Under the pieces are notes generated by a model that made no database searches, had not been told where the DNA came from, and saw nothing but the letters and a program-made list of their open reading frames with translations. Below are positions 25,901 through 37,651 of a stretch of 51,616 nucleotides of DNA, piece by piece. The first letter of the stretch is position 1. Each line of letters opens with the position of its first letter. The position numbers were made by a program, and so were the translations under genes. Origin of the DNA: Reclinomonas americana ATCC 50394 (Eukaryota); NCBI GenBank assembly GCA_048213135.1, contig PS015032.1:277409-329024 (forward strand), read 5' to 3'.

Positions 25901-28900
25901 TGGCGGTGAGCGAAGCATTGCCGATACTGAGGGAGGTAGCCGTCGGCGCAATGTTGACTTGTGATTGCGAATCGATGGTGGTGGTGGAGACCGAGTCCAC
26001 AATGACCTGGGACGTAAGCGACGCATATTAGGTTCTCGTGTCTGTGTGACACGAATTCGGGAAACTGTTGCGTACCGCACTGGTGCTACTCCGTGTGCCG
26101 ATCAACAAGCGGCCGTGGACCGCCATGCCACCGTTCCCGCGACCTGCCACCAGCGCGAAATCGACTCCATTGGCTCCAGGCGCGGTAGCACTGGGCCGCG
26201 TCAGCGTAAACACCGACTGTGAGAGTGCGCCGAATGCCACCGAGCCGCCACCCGAGGTGACACTGGCCGTATCGACGGCCGCCGCAAACGTGGCCACTTG
26301 CGTGAACGTGGCGGTGTTGGAGAAGGTACTGGGCGCTTGCACTTGCAACATGCCGTTGGAGTCGCCAACAATGATCGGACCAGGCGTGTCCACGGCGATT
26401 CGCACAGCTCCGCGTGTGCTCAGACCAGTACCACCCTCCAGTCGCCTGCGTTACACTGTGAGCACGGGGAACTCAAAAAAAAAACACAGAGAAAAGAGGA
26501 GACGAGACGCAACAGGCTGCCTCCCACGGCGCCAGCGTTCGTATCTTGACCACGGACAATAAGGCTACTGCCATTGTCGCTGAGGGACACGACGGGCGAC
26601 CGCGATAATAAAAAGTCCTCTCCGTCGGAGCCCACATTCAGGCGATTGGTGGCCGGCGACAAAATCAAGTCCACATCCGTTGCCGTATTGATATTGCTGA
26701 CTTGCAGCGGTGACAGCACTTGCACCGAGCTGCTGGTGCCCGCGGACAATGTCAGTGGTCCGCTGGTGTTGACAAGAGACGCAACACCGGTGGCACCGCT
26801 CAATGCAAATTTGGCGACCGCGCTGACCGCACGGAGCTCCATTCGTGACTCGGCCACTGCGTGAGGAAGAAACAGATGTGTGAGAGAGAAAACCGACGGC
26901 GAGTGGGAAACTAAGTGACGCGGCACCCACCAGCCGAGGAGGTGCGTGCCAACAGGACCGCACTGTCGGAGACTGCGGAAACCTGAAGCTGGCGGTTCAC
27001 GCTGACTGACGAAAGGAACTCGAAGCCATTGTCAATGGAGGCCGGGAAGGAGAACACGAGGCCACCAGACGGATTATTAATGTCCAGTGACGTCGCGGAT
27101 GCCTTGACGGAGAATGCCTCCGAGCCGTCGGCGCGAACCGCCATTTGTAGTTCCGACGTGCGACTTTCGTTGCTGGAACCACTCGGGCGCACTTGGAAGA
27201 AGCGACCGTGAGCTTGCACAAAACCGGCAGTGCTGGGGGACGTGGGGTTGCCGGCCTGCAGATGCACATTACCGCCCCCGCGCCCGCCTGCAATCGCATC
27301 TGCAAACCCCCCCAAGAGAAGAAGAGAGGGAAGGAGAGTGTACATGCATCAGCAGCAGGTGGCTAATAATCACATCCTGGCAAAAAAATGCCAACAGACC
27401 ATCGCCGGCTCGCAGCGTGGCGTCACCGCCGGGGGACCCATCGCCGGCGACCAGCAGCAACGCACCGCCAGAGTACGTGGTACTCCCCTGCCCCCCGAAA
27501 AAACACAGGGAGAACAATGCATGAGTACCAAGAGATACCGCTCGACATGCACTCGCACCGACACACACCCTGGCACTCTGCCCGGTAATCATTGTGGTGC
27601 CGCCGTTACCGGCCACAGCGTCAAGACGCGTGATACTAAAGAGCGACTGTGGCGTGGAGTCACCAATCTCCAGTGAGCTGGTCCCTATTCTGGCGGTGAA
27701 TGCGGTAGTGTCCGTGGACGTTTGTTGGAGAAGGCTGACGAGAGAAGCGGAAGGGTGAGCAGAGTTTTGCCTAGAAGCTCACGACAACGTGTTTCGCACC
27801 TTCGCCGACGAGCCGAGGGCATTGTTTGGGCGCTGCGTGCGGAAGCCGACGGAGTGAATTGGAGAAGAGATATTGTGCCACGTGAGAACTCCAACGTGTC
27901 TGAATCGGTGGACTTGAGCGTGAACCCGGCGCTGGCACTCGCTCCGCCGCCGGCAAACACCAGACGCGCCGCTTGACTCGACGACAATGTTAATTGCGAG
28001 TCGCCGACAGTCGACTGCACAACCACCGCCGGCGCACTGACAGTGTTGGTGGCCACTAGCGTGGTCGTGGTGGCCGCTCCTGCCAAGCAACGAGAAAATG
28101 AGCTGCATGTACCGCGCGCGCACACACAGGAAAGCATCAGCACGAACCGGCCACATTGAGAGTGGTGACCGAGGTCGGCGACCGCGCGATGAGAAACATG
28201 ACAATGCCAAACAGGATCCACATCAGCAGCACGTGCGCCACCACTGTGGTCGACAGGATCACATCTTGCCAGTATGCGCTGCGCACGCCCATGGACAGAA
28301 GCAGACGGCGCCACCAAGAAGGCCGCGGCTTGACTGCCTCTTCCGCCGCTGCGCCAGGAGGAGTGTTGGCCAGCAGAGCTGCGAGCAACTGCTGCTGCCG
28401 GAGGCGCGTCAAGCGCGGATCCATCATCTCCACGTCGGTGACATGCGGCAGCGCATCGAGCGGCATGTCCAGCTGACCCGGATCCATGGGCCGCGGCATT
28501 CCGCCCCCACGCATCGGCGGAACCGAGGAGGCAGACACACTTGTTGACGAGGACACAGACGAGCGCTCATCGCCGGCGACCTCCGCCTCCCCCTCAAAGT
28601 CATCCTCGTTGCCGACAACCACCTTGCGCGGCAGCCGACGTCCCGTGGACGACTCGCTCGACAGCGACATGGCGCTCGCCGACTGCGACGTTCCGGTCGA
28701 CTGCGCATCCGCCACCGACGAGCGACGCAGGGCGGGCGCTGGCGAGCGAGTCTCTCCCGTCAGCATCAGCGGTGTCCAATTTACAGCGCCTGGCAACATT
28801 GGCTGTGGTGGTGTCAAGGCAACCGCAGTAGGCCATGCGGGTGAGAAGCGCGCGGCGATATTCGCGGCGGCGTGCATGGCCTGTGCGGGAGGCAGTGGAG

Positions 28901-29217
28901 GAGGAGGTGGTGGAGGAGGATGCGGCGGATGAGATGATAATGAAGAGATGAAGGTGTCATGGTCATGCTCCTGGGCGGCGCTTGGTCCTCCTGCTAGTGA
29001 GGAGATGGGCGCGGGGAGTGGCTTGAGGCGCCACACTCGACGCGAGTCAATCACTGCGGGTGATTGTGCCACTGCGGCGAACAATACACGCATGTGAGTG
29101 AGAGTCGCGTGCGCGCGAGGGAGAGTGAGATTGCGTGTGACACAGAGCTGTGTGAGTATGTGTGCGTGGGAGAGAGAAGACGCAACACAGCGACGGTGAC
29201 GACTGCGACGACGCCAT
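16989..29217 (-). CDS. Giant (~3000 aa, ~37 introns, hand estimate) type II membrane protein B: Pro/Ser-rich N-terminus, one TM helix, modular T/S/G/A/V-rich fibre-like ectodomain
   Basis: ATG 29217 (aagATGG; MASSQSSPSL|LAQSP). TM segment VVAHVLLMWILFGIVMFLIA at ~28250-28185. Successive minus-strand ORFs join in frame through short GT-AG introns to the stop at 16989 (...GFFVYDGASTSWY*). Confidence 0.75.
17440..18480 (-). repeat. Coding tandem repeat, 120 bp / 40 aa unit (GAVSADSLTLTAAAINAAGAITGTSLSVSGVVNGSSVSTS), at least 7 copies plus a gap
   Basis: GCACC..(G/A)TTGAT-like anchors at 17931, 18051, 18171, 18291 and 18411, with further copies at ~17813 and ~17693; N gap 17503-17676 lies inside the array. 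Confidence 0.9.
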
Positions 29218-29339
29218 CTTTTCTCTTGTCTAGATTTAATTCGTCGTGGTCTCGTCGGTTGGAGGATGAACGATTGGTCGATTGGTTGACATCGTGCATT
29301 GCGACGAGTCTCATTTCTCCCCTCTCTCCCTCCTCTCCT

Positions 29340-32300
29340 CTAAATATACAAGATGGTGATGTAGGCGGTGCCGATAAAGTTCGTCCCCAGCCCCTTGGAC
29401 CACACCGAGATAAAGGTGGAGTCGACGGAGGCCGTCAGAATCGGCAGGCCGTCCAGCCAGCCGCCGCCGACGGAGAAGGGCGGCGAGAAGTTTGTCAACT
29501 CGGTGCTGGATTCAATGGTGCCGCCGTACAGCGTGCACTGCATGACGGCCACAAGGATGAGTAGCAGCAACAACAACGACGACAACCAAGTGCACTGTCA
29601 TTCCCCAGACGAAACTTGCACCGAAATGACTCGCTGGTAGAACGTGGCACCCATATTGTGTGCCACCTGCTGCGGTAATGAGTCGGGGAAGAACAGGCGG
29701 CTGAAGCGAGCCATCAGCGTGCGGAAGCGCGGTGCACTGACGTCGGCACCGGGCTGGAAACCGACTTGCATCGACAGATTGTTGCCGATGTTGGTGGTGG
29801 TCGAGACGATGCTGATGCTGCTGGTTGTGGTGAGGCTGATGGTGGAGGTGCCGGTGGTGACGTTGATGTGGCGCACATAGACACTGCCACCCGTGCCTGG
29901 TCCGTTGCCGCCTTGCAACACGAAATTGCCGCTGCTGGCCGCAAACACGGTGCCGCCGGTGCCGGACGATATGGTCACTGCCGAGCTCGTGCCGCCCACA
30001 ATAACAATGCCCTGCGGGGTGGCGTTGGTGGCGGCCGCACGTGTGAGCGTAAACGCACTATCGGCCTGTCCCAGCTGCAGGTTGGCCGTGTAGATCGAGA
30101 GCGTTCTCGTGCCGGTGGAGATGGTGACGGGCGATGTCAGTGTGCCGACGTACACCGTGCCGCGACCTGGCGCACGCGCAATGTGAGTGAGTGGCGCTGT
30201 TCATACGCAAGTGAGGTGGGGATTCATGGTGGCGCAACTGCTGCTGCCGGCACCGCCGTCAAAGTACACGTCGCCGCCGTTGCCGGTGCCGGTGACTTGT
30301 TGGCCTGCGATTGTCAGGTCGTAGAGGGTGGCGGTCGACGCATTGTTCTGCGTGACGAACAGATCGGTGGCCGACGTGCTCGACAGCGTCAGATCGCCGT
30401 ACACTCGAAAAGAGCCGCGTGCGGTGACCGTGGCACTGCAAAAAGCAAAGGCAAACACGGCGGTGAGGAGCAAGCAGACCAACGCAATTGCAGGATGTGC
30501 TGAAGACGCACGATGTGTTGCCGAGAATGACCGAGTTGGAGCGCGTGCCGACAAACATGTTACCGTTCTGTGTGGTGCCGCTGCCGACGTCGAGAACAAT
30601 GCTGCCGCCGCCGGGAGTGGTGCTCGAATTGGCACCCCGCAGGGCAAGCAGACGCGCTGGTGTGCCCGTGTATCCACTGGGCACGGTTCGCAGCACAGAG
30701 GTGCCGACACTGAGGAGGTTGGTCATGTTGAAGGCGTTGACGGTGGCCGTGCAGAGCGACGTGGCGAACAGTAGGCCAGCCCCCGAAGAGGAAACATCGT
30801 TGAAGGTGGCGGTATTCGTGGCGCCGAACAACGCCGTGCTGGCCGCTGTCGAGGTTATGGTGGTGGCCGAGAGGCCGGCAGTGGTGGCCGGCGACAGCAA
30901 AAAGGTGGTCGGGGCGGTGATGGTGACGGCGGGCGCCACGACCTGGAACAAGGTGGTGGCATTGGCCGTGACGATGCCCGACGCCTGGAACGTGGCGGTG
31001 GCACCCTGCACGCTCACCAGCGGCGTCGGACACGCGCAGTTGGTGACGGGGGCGGAGCTGCAGCGCAAGTGTCCGTTGCCGGTCAGCGACAGATCGCCGT
31101 TGGACGTGGCGGCCGACACGGTCAAGCGCGCCGTCTGCGAGAGAATCAGAGCAACATTGCTCGACTCCACCAGCGTCGACGTGGAGCTGGTGCTGAGGTT
31201 GCGTCCGGCGCTCATGGACAGCACCGTGGCCGTGGATGTGCCGCTGAGCGTAATGTACTTGCTCGTGAACGAGGCGGTGCCGGTGGCCGCCGCCGACAGC
31301 GTGACGGTTCCGGTGGAGGCCGTGGATGAGACCACCAGCGCCGATTCGCCGGTGAGCGCCGCACTCTGTGCGCCCACCAGCTGCAGTGTGGTGGCGGCAG
31401 TGACCACCAGTCCGTTGCCGCCGGTGAGAAGCGCCTGGCCCGAACCACCAGTGGTGCTGGCCGTAATGGTCGCGATGCTGCGTACTTCGGCGACCGACGA
31501 GAGCAGAATGTCGCGCGAGGCCTGCACGTTGGCCGTCGCCGAGGCCGTGATGGTGAACGGGTACGCACTGGTAATACTCACGGTGCCGCCGGTGAGCGTA
31601 AGTGGTTGCGTGGCGTTGATGGTAAGGCGCTCGTTCGCCGTTTGCGTGGCGGCGGCTGTCGAGGTCGCCGACAGAGTCGGCGCCGTCAGCGAGGTCTGCT
31701 GCACGCCACGCAAGTTGACCGTGGCCGAACTCGTCACGTCGAGCTGCGTGCTGGGCGTCACCTGCACCGTCTGGCCGGACGCGCTCACCGCCGTGGTGCC
31801 AGTGACCGTCGCTGTGCCGGCATTGGTGGCCGACGTGCTGCCAATGTACACGAAACCGCCGCTGCTCAGGTTCTGGTTGCCGCCGGTGTTTTGCAGGAGT
31901 ACGCTGTTGAGCGAGCGCACAGTGATAAAGTCGCCCAGTATGGAGGCGTCGATGGAGGCCGCAGCGTCGACTGTGGCCGCAGACTGCGAAATGGTCGACG
32001 AGGTGACGTTGTAGACGCCGTTCACCATGCTTGCACCGATGGTGGCCACGGTCGAAGCCGAAAACGACAGCTGGTTCGCGTCAATGGCGGACGACGATCC
32101 GGCACCACCACCGCCACCGCCACCCGACGGGGCGAATGTAATGGTCGGACTGGTCATCGACAGAGAGGTGGAGGCGTCCATGGTGACATCGACACCCGAC
32201 AGCGTCATGGTGTCGACGGTGGGCGACACGACGACGGACGGCGACGAGATGGTGGTGCTGGTGGTGCCGGCCACATTCACCAGTGCCATCGACGACAGTT

Positions 32301-35300
32301 GCAAGGCGGTGGCGTTCAGGTTGACCTGCGTGCCGCCCAAGCGCACCTCGGTGCCCGCCGTGCCGGTGATGATGGGCGAGGTGAGCTGCAGCAGTTGCTG
32401 CGACTGCAATACGAGCTGGTTGCCGGCCGAAATGTTAAAGGCGGTGCTCGGCGAGATGGTCAGGGTGGTGGCCGAGATGTCGACAGGGTCGCCATTGACC
32501 GTCACCTGAGGCAGCAGCAAAGAAGGAGAGTCAGTGGTGGTGTTTGCTGGTTTCTCCGATCAAGACAAGCGGAGCCATACCGACGTGGCGGCCGACAGGT
32601 CGGTCAGTCCCGTACTGTTGATGTTGATGTTGGGAGCGGTCACAGTGGCGCCTGTCGAGCCGCCGAGCACCAGTGGCAGTGCCGTGTTCACCGTCACCAC
32701 TGAATTGTTCAGGCCGAGTTGAATGTCGTGAGCGGCCAACTGCATGTGCATCAAGAAGGCGAGTGGGCGGCAATGCAAGTGGAGAGGGGGAGGATCGCGC
32801 AAACCTGTACGACTCCTGTTGGTGCGCCGATACTGATGCTGGACTGCGTGCCGACTCGCAAATCGCCCGACGAACCCACGCCGACCATGCTGACCGGACT
32901 GAGGTCGGTGGCACCGGTAAACGACTGGCCGGCATCCACGTACAGGTTGCCACCGGTGCCACCCAGGCTGCGCTGACCGACCACCGCCAGCGGAAACGAC
33001 GCATTGGCACAGGTGACGGACGAAGCAGTGGTGGGAGTGGCTGCAGGAAGCAAAGCAGTGAGGACGACACGACAAAGACGTAGCACGACAGTGGAGGAGT
33101 GTACCGTCCATCTGCAACTGCGAGTGCACCACCCAGTTCGACGCCGCCACGTTCAGCGCCGAGCTCGGATTGCCGAGAGTGATGACATTGGAGACTTGCG
33201 TGCCGATCCACACGTCGCCGGCCGACGTAGTACCGGCACCGCCTTCGAGTTGCACGCTGCCGCCGGTGCCCATGGGAGAGCTCTGTCCGTTGAAGGCAAT
33301 GGTCTGCGGTGCTCCAGTGGGGGCCGGCGCTCGTGTAAGGTTGGGCATGGAGGTGGCGGTGCCGAGGCGAATATTTCCCTCGGCGTACAAGTTGCCGCCG
33401 ATGGCTGTCGGCGCGGTGCTGCTGCCGCTCACCACGCCAGCAGTGGTCGCCTCTGCGATCAAGAGCTGGGCATTGGCACCACTGCGCACAACGAGGTCTT
33501 GATCACTCGACAGGCCCGGTGTGTCAAAGAGCAGTTCGTCGATCTGCAAGCGCACGGGGACGTGTCAGCTCACCGCACACGGAGAAAAAGGACACTCACA
33601 AAGGCGCACCTGCATCGGCTTGAGAAACGTGGCCGGACCGCCGACCTCGATGGTGCCAGTGGAGCTGCCGAGATTGACGTGCGACACCGACGCACCAAGC
33701 TCCACCGCGTCCGCCGACGACACCGAGAGCGCCACCGCCGTACCGCTGGCCATTTCCAGCGAGTTCGCAGCCAGCCGCAGACTCACCGATCCGGTCGTGT
33801 GCTCACCACTGTGGTCGTGAGGGGTGAGCAAGTACAAACACACACAAGAAGCACTCGCTCAAAGTCCACGCACGTCGTCAGGGATCCACCGACGGCATTC
33901 AGTGAGCTACCATCGATAATGGCAGTGCCGAGACGTGCGCCGCTGCTGATAATCATGGTGCCGGTGACGTAGACCTCGCCCGACGTGAAGCCGGCGGGGA
34001 TGCCGGTGAAGTTGCGCGGGAGGTTGGTGCCGACATTTGTGGTCTGCACGATCGTCGCCGTGTTGTTGACCCGAATGTGCGGAAAGACGTTCAGATTGCG
34101 ATCCACGTCGGGCAACACACTCTGCAACCCGATCACCATGCCCAGTGAGAACAGCACAGCATACAGCAGCCAATACGGGAAGGACAGAAACCGGTGCGCA
34201 CCACTGCCGATGTCTGGTTTGTGTGTTGCAGAGTTTGGAACGAGTGCAAATCGAGAGCTCCCTTGACGGTGAGTGCCTTGGCACCGAGCATGGCCGTCAT
34301 GAGCCACACCAGTCCGATGGTCAAGATAATCACGGCGATCACGACGATGATCCAGCCACAGCAGTCGAGACGACGGCGCACAACATTCATTTCGTCCACC
34401 GTCTCCTGTGTCAGCGAGAACCACTTGTCTGCGGACGGAATAAGTACGAAGTTGGTGGTGAGCGCAGTTGAGATGACGTCAGCCACACAGAGAGGATAGA
34501 GGTGACGCGTACCCTTGACCGCAATCGGTGACTCCTCCGTGATGATTTCGACTGGTTTCTCCATGGGAGCTGGTGTCACGCGCCGCGGAAACAAAAGTGG
34601 CGAAGCCTGTGCAAGCGATGCTGTGTGGCAGTGGAGGAGGAGAGGAGGTGAGTAACACGGAAAGACAGGCCGTGGACTTTTCCACGCAACGCAAGGAAAT
34701 CTGGTGGCGACGGCCGCTCTTGTTGGTGGTCGGAAACGCTGCTGTGCGCGTCTTGTCGGGCGCCATGACGTTGGAGGCTAGATAGAGGAAATGATGGTGG
34801 TGAGCTTCTCGACAAGGTGGGAGCGAGGATAAAGCGACAATGAGGAAACCTTCGCCGTCGCGCTCCAGCTTTTCCAGCAGCAAGTTTCGCGTTCCACGCG
34901 CGTGGTTGCCAAAGATCTCCACACTGCGATTGCTCGAGTCGGGTTCCGTGAGCTGGTGTGTCGTCGAGGTGGTCGTTGCTCTGCGCCCATGCACCACTCA
35001 ACATGAGAAGGAATCAACAGCGAGGTCATCATGAGGAACAAGAACAGCACGCAACGTTTCGTCGTCGCTGGGATCCGGCTGTGAGATGCTGCGCCGCTGC
35101 GGCTCGGCAGACGGCAGAATGGTTCGCTGCTGCTGCTGCTGCGGTGACTGCGGTGTGTGCAGCGCGATAGATTCAGGCAGCGGCACGGCCAGCGGCAGCG
35201 CATGCGCACGCGCATTGCGCGGCACATTCGCCGTCGGTGGCACAGGCACCAGGGGCGGCAGAGGTCGATTGGGTGGTGAAAACACCGACGGCGACGGTGG

Positions 35301-35699
35301 GCTGCGTGGATGATTGCCTGCCCTTGTCCGCGTGGTAGCCGCCGCCGCTGCTGCCGAGCCCTGCACCGAGCGGCCTCCCGCGGGGCTGTTCGGCAGCACC
35401 AACAGCTGCGATGGAATGGCTGCCAGTGGCGACGAGGCATCCATGTTGGACAGGAAGGAGTGTCGCTCGGCACTGGCACTGGGTGGGCGCGACGTGCGCA
35501 TGGTGAGGGGCGTGACACTCGACGAGGCCGCCAGACTGTTGCTGGCCGGTGACAGCGGCAACGCTGTGTTGACGGCAATGGCCAGCGGTGGTGGTGGGCG
35601 CCGCGGTGGCGCCTGCAACCTCAAGTCCAGCGGTGGCGGTGGGTTTGGAAGCGGCGCCAGCGGTGGCGGGGGCACACCGTTGGCCGCTCGTCGACTCAT
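29340..35699 (-). CDS. Large (~1750 aa, ~14 introns, hand estimate) type II membrane protein A, same architecture as protein B
   Basis: ATG 35699 and a Pro-rich N-terminus. In-frame splices DDET|ATTT, DGE|ASN, QISL|PSLAQ and IAVK|DKW. RRRLDCCG precedes TM segment WIIVVIAVIILTIGLVWLMTAML (~34360-34290). A T/S/G-rich ectodomain ends ...GTNFIGTAYITILYI*. Confidence 0.75.
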
Positions 35700-35936
35700 C
35701 TTGCCGACACGACACTGTCACACAAGCGCACACACACGGATTTGCTGACTACGGTGATGACGCAAAACGCAAGCGTGCGTGTGGGCGTGTGGGTGTGTGT
35801 GTGTGAGAGAGGGAGACGAATGTGAAAAATGTGGAAATGTGTCCGGCTGCGTGCGAAACAAAGTGATGATGACGCATGATGCGTTTCCAGGACCTCTCCC
35901 AAAAACCGACTGTACGGCTTTCATTGAAAAATCGGT

Positions 35937-37485
35937 CTACGACTGAGGAGTCAGGCGCAACAGCGGGGCAATGGCGGCGTCGTCGTCATCGGCCGCCGCC
36001 GTGGCCGCCACCAGCAGCGAGTAGTGTGCCTGGATGAGCTCCCACTCCTCAAGCTCGTCCATCCACTCGATTTGGCACACTCGCGCCCAATCGTCGCTGT
36101 CCAACAGCGTCGTCACGTCTCTCCTGTGCGGCCGTCGCGGCACTGGCACCGCAAAGCCACTGTGAGCGCGCGGGCTGTGATTGCCGCCTGCGGTGGGCGA
36201 CAGGGGCGCGTTCCGACGCGGTGACGACGGTGGCGAGGGATGCTGCAGGTGGTGCTGGCGGGTCAGCGCCATGACCTCCTCCCCCGAGAGCGGATGCGGT
36301 GGGTGGTCGGTGGCCGGCGCGGCATCATGCACCAGCCGCTGCATGGTCACCGCGGCACACCTGGCGTATCCGTGCTGCAAGTAGCGCTGCCGCTGTGCCT
36401 CCAGCGTGCCGTACTTCTCAAATCCCAGCAGCGGCGCCGATCGATCCTGTGTTTCGGAGGGGTGGGTGAGAGGATGACCACGACCTGCTGTACGGCACGC
36501 ATACCTTGAGATTCTCAATCATGGTGCGACCAAAGGCGTCGTCGGCACCCACTTGCTCATACACAGCAATGGCGGAGCGAGAAAACGTCGACGAGCACCA
36601 GGTCAGCAACTGATCCGCCTCCTCCGGCTCCATGTACACCAAGACGCACTCGGAGAGGAACAAAGTGGGTGCGCTGCACGCACGAGGAAAGGTGAGTGGC
36701 AGTAGCTGTGCAAGGGGAGAGAATGTACGCACCGAGGATCGAGCCCCGCCTTGACCAGCAACGCGTCCTCCAACTGCGGCACATCTCTCAAGTCGGCCGA
36801 CAGCAGCACGTACTCCGACGACGCCCACGGCGACGCAGTCTCCGAGCGCGGCGGTCCCATGGAGCCCACCAACGACTCGAATCCCGGCACCAACTGCGAC
36901 AACTGTCGCTGCTTGCCCAGCACGCGCATCTTGCGCATCACCGTCTCCTCAAAGTCCACCTCCACGTAGCGAAGCTGCACAGAATCCAGCAGCGCTCGCT
37001 CACACACTACACCACTCTGCGCGCGAACTCTCACTGTGTGTGGCATGCGCGCGCGCGAGAGAGAAAACTGCACAAGGAGAGAGAGACCTTCAAGCAAAAG
37101 TACGTTGTATCAGAACCAGCTCCGAGACTGACAATCTGCGCTGGTCCACTGTGCACACACACAGTGTGAGAGACACACACTGAGAGAGGCGGGGGCATCA
37201 GTGTGCACCTGGACACTGCAACGCCTTGCAAGAAGCGACGAATGAGCTCACGCACAGCCGCCACTCGTGTGTAATACCCTGCGAGCTCACACATTGAGCG
37301 ACACTCTCTCTCTCACTCTCACTCTCACTCTCTCTCACACTCACCACGATTGATAATGGGATGTCTGCGGGTGGGTCGCCGCACAAAGAGCCCAACAAAC
37401 GGGTCTTCCCAGTAGCCGAGAGTGACAGCCGATCTGCAGCACAATAAGAGACAAGTGAGAAACACTCACACTCACAGAGACATTG

Positions 37486-37519
<34 letters not shown>

Positions 37520-37584
37520 TGTTTGCTGACTGCTGCATCGTCGTTGGTCTCTCGCACTGCGGCATCGTCGCTCATGGACGCCAT
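35937..37584 (-). CDS. LCMT1: Leucine carboxyl methyltransferase 1 (PPM1/LCMT1)
   Basis: VRETNDDAAVSK, GYWEDPF, PIINRGYY.RV, QIVSLGAGSDT, YVEVDF, PTLFLSECVLVYM, YEQ...DAFG.TM..NL and IEWMDELEEWELIQAHY. Confidence 0.93.
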
Positions 37585-37651
37585 GTAATGCAAGCGTTTG
37601 AGTTGGTCGACTCGACGATCCCTTTTATTTTGCTTCTTGACTTTTTTTGAC

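Noticed and set aside
17688-32509. Long plus-strand ORFs (e.g. 17688-18755, 30488-32014)
   Set aside because: Antisense shadows of the GC-rich repetitive minus-strand coding frames.
16989-35699. Bacterial or phage contamination (adhesin/autotransporter/prophage)
   Set aside because: Dozens of spliceosomal introns with host-type signals, contiguity with eukaryotic genes, and no other phage genes.
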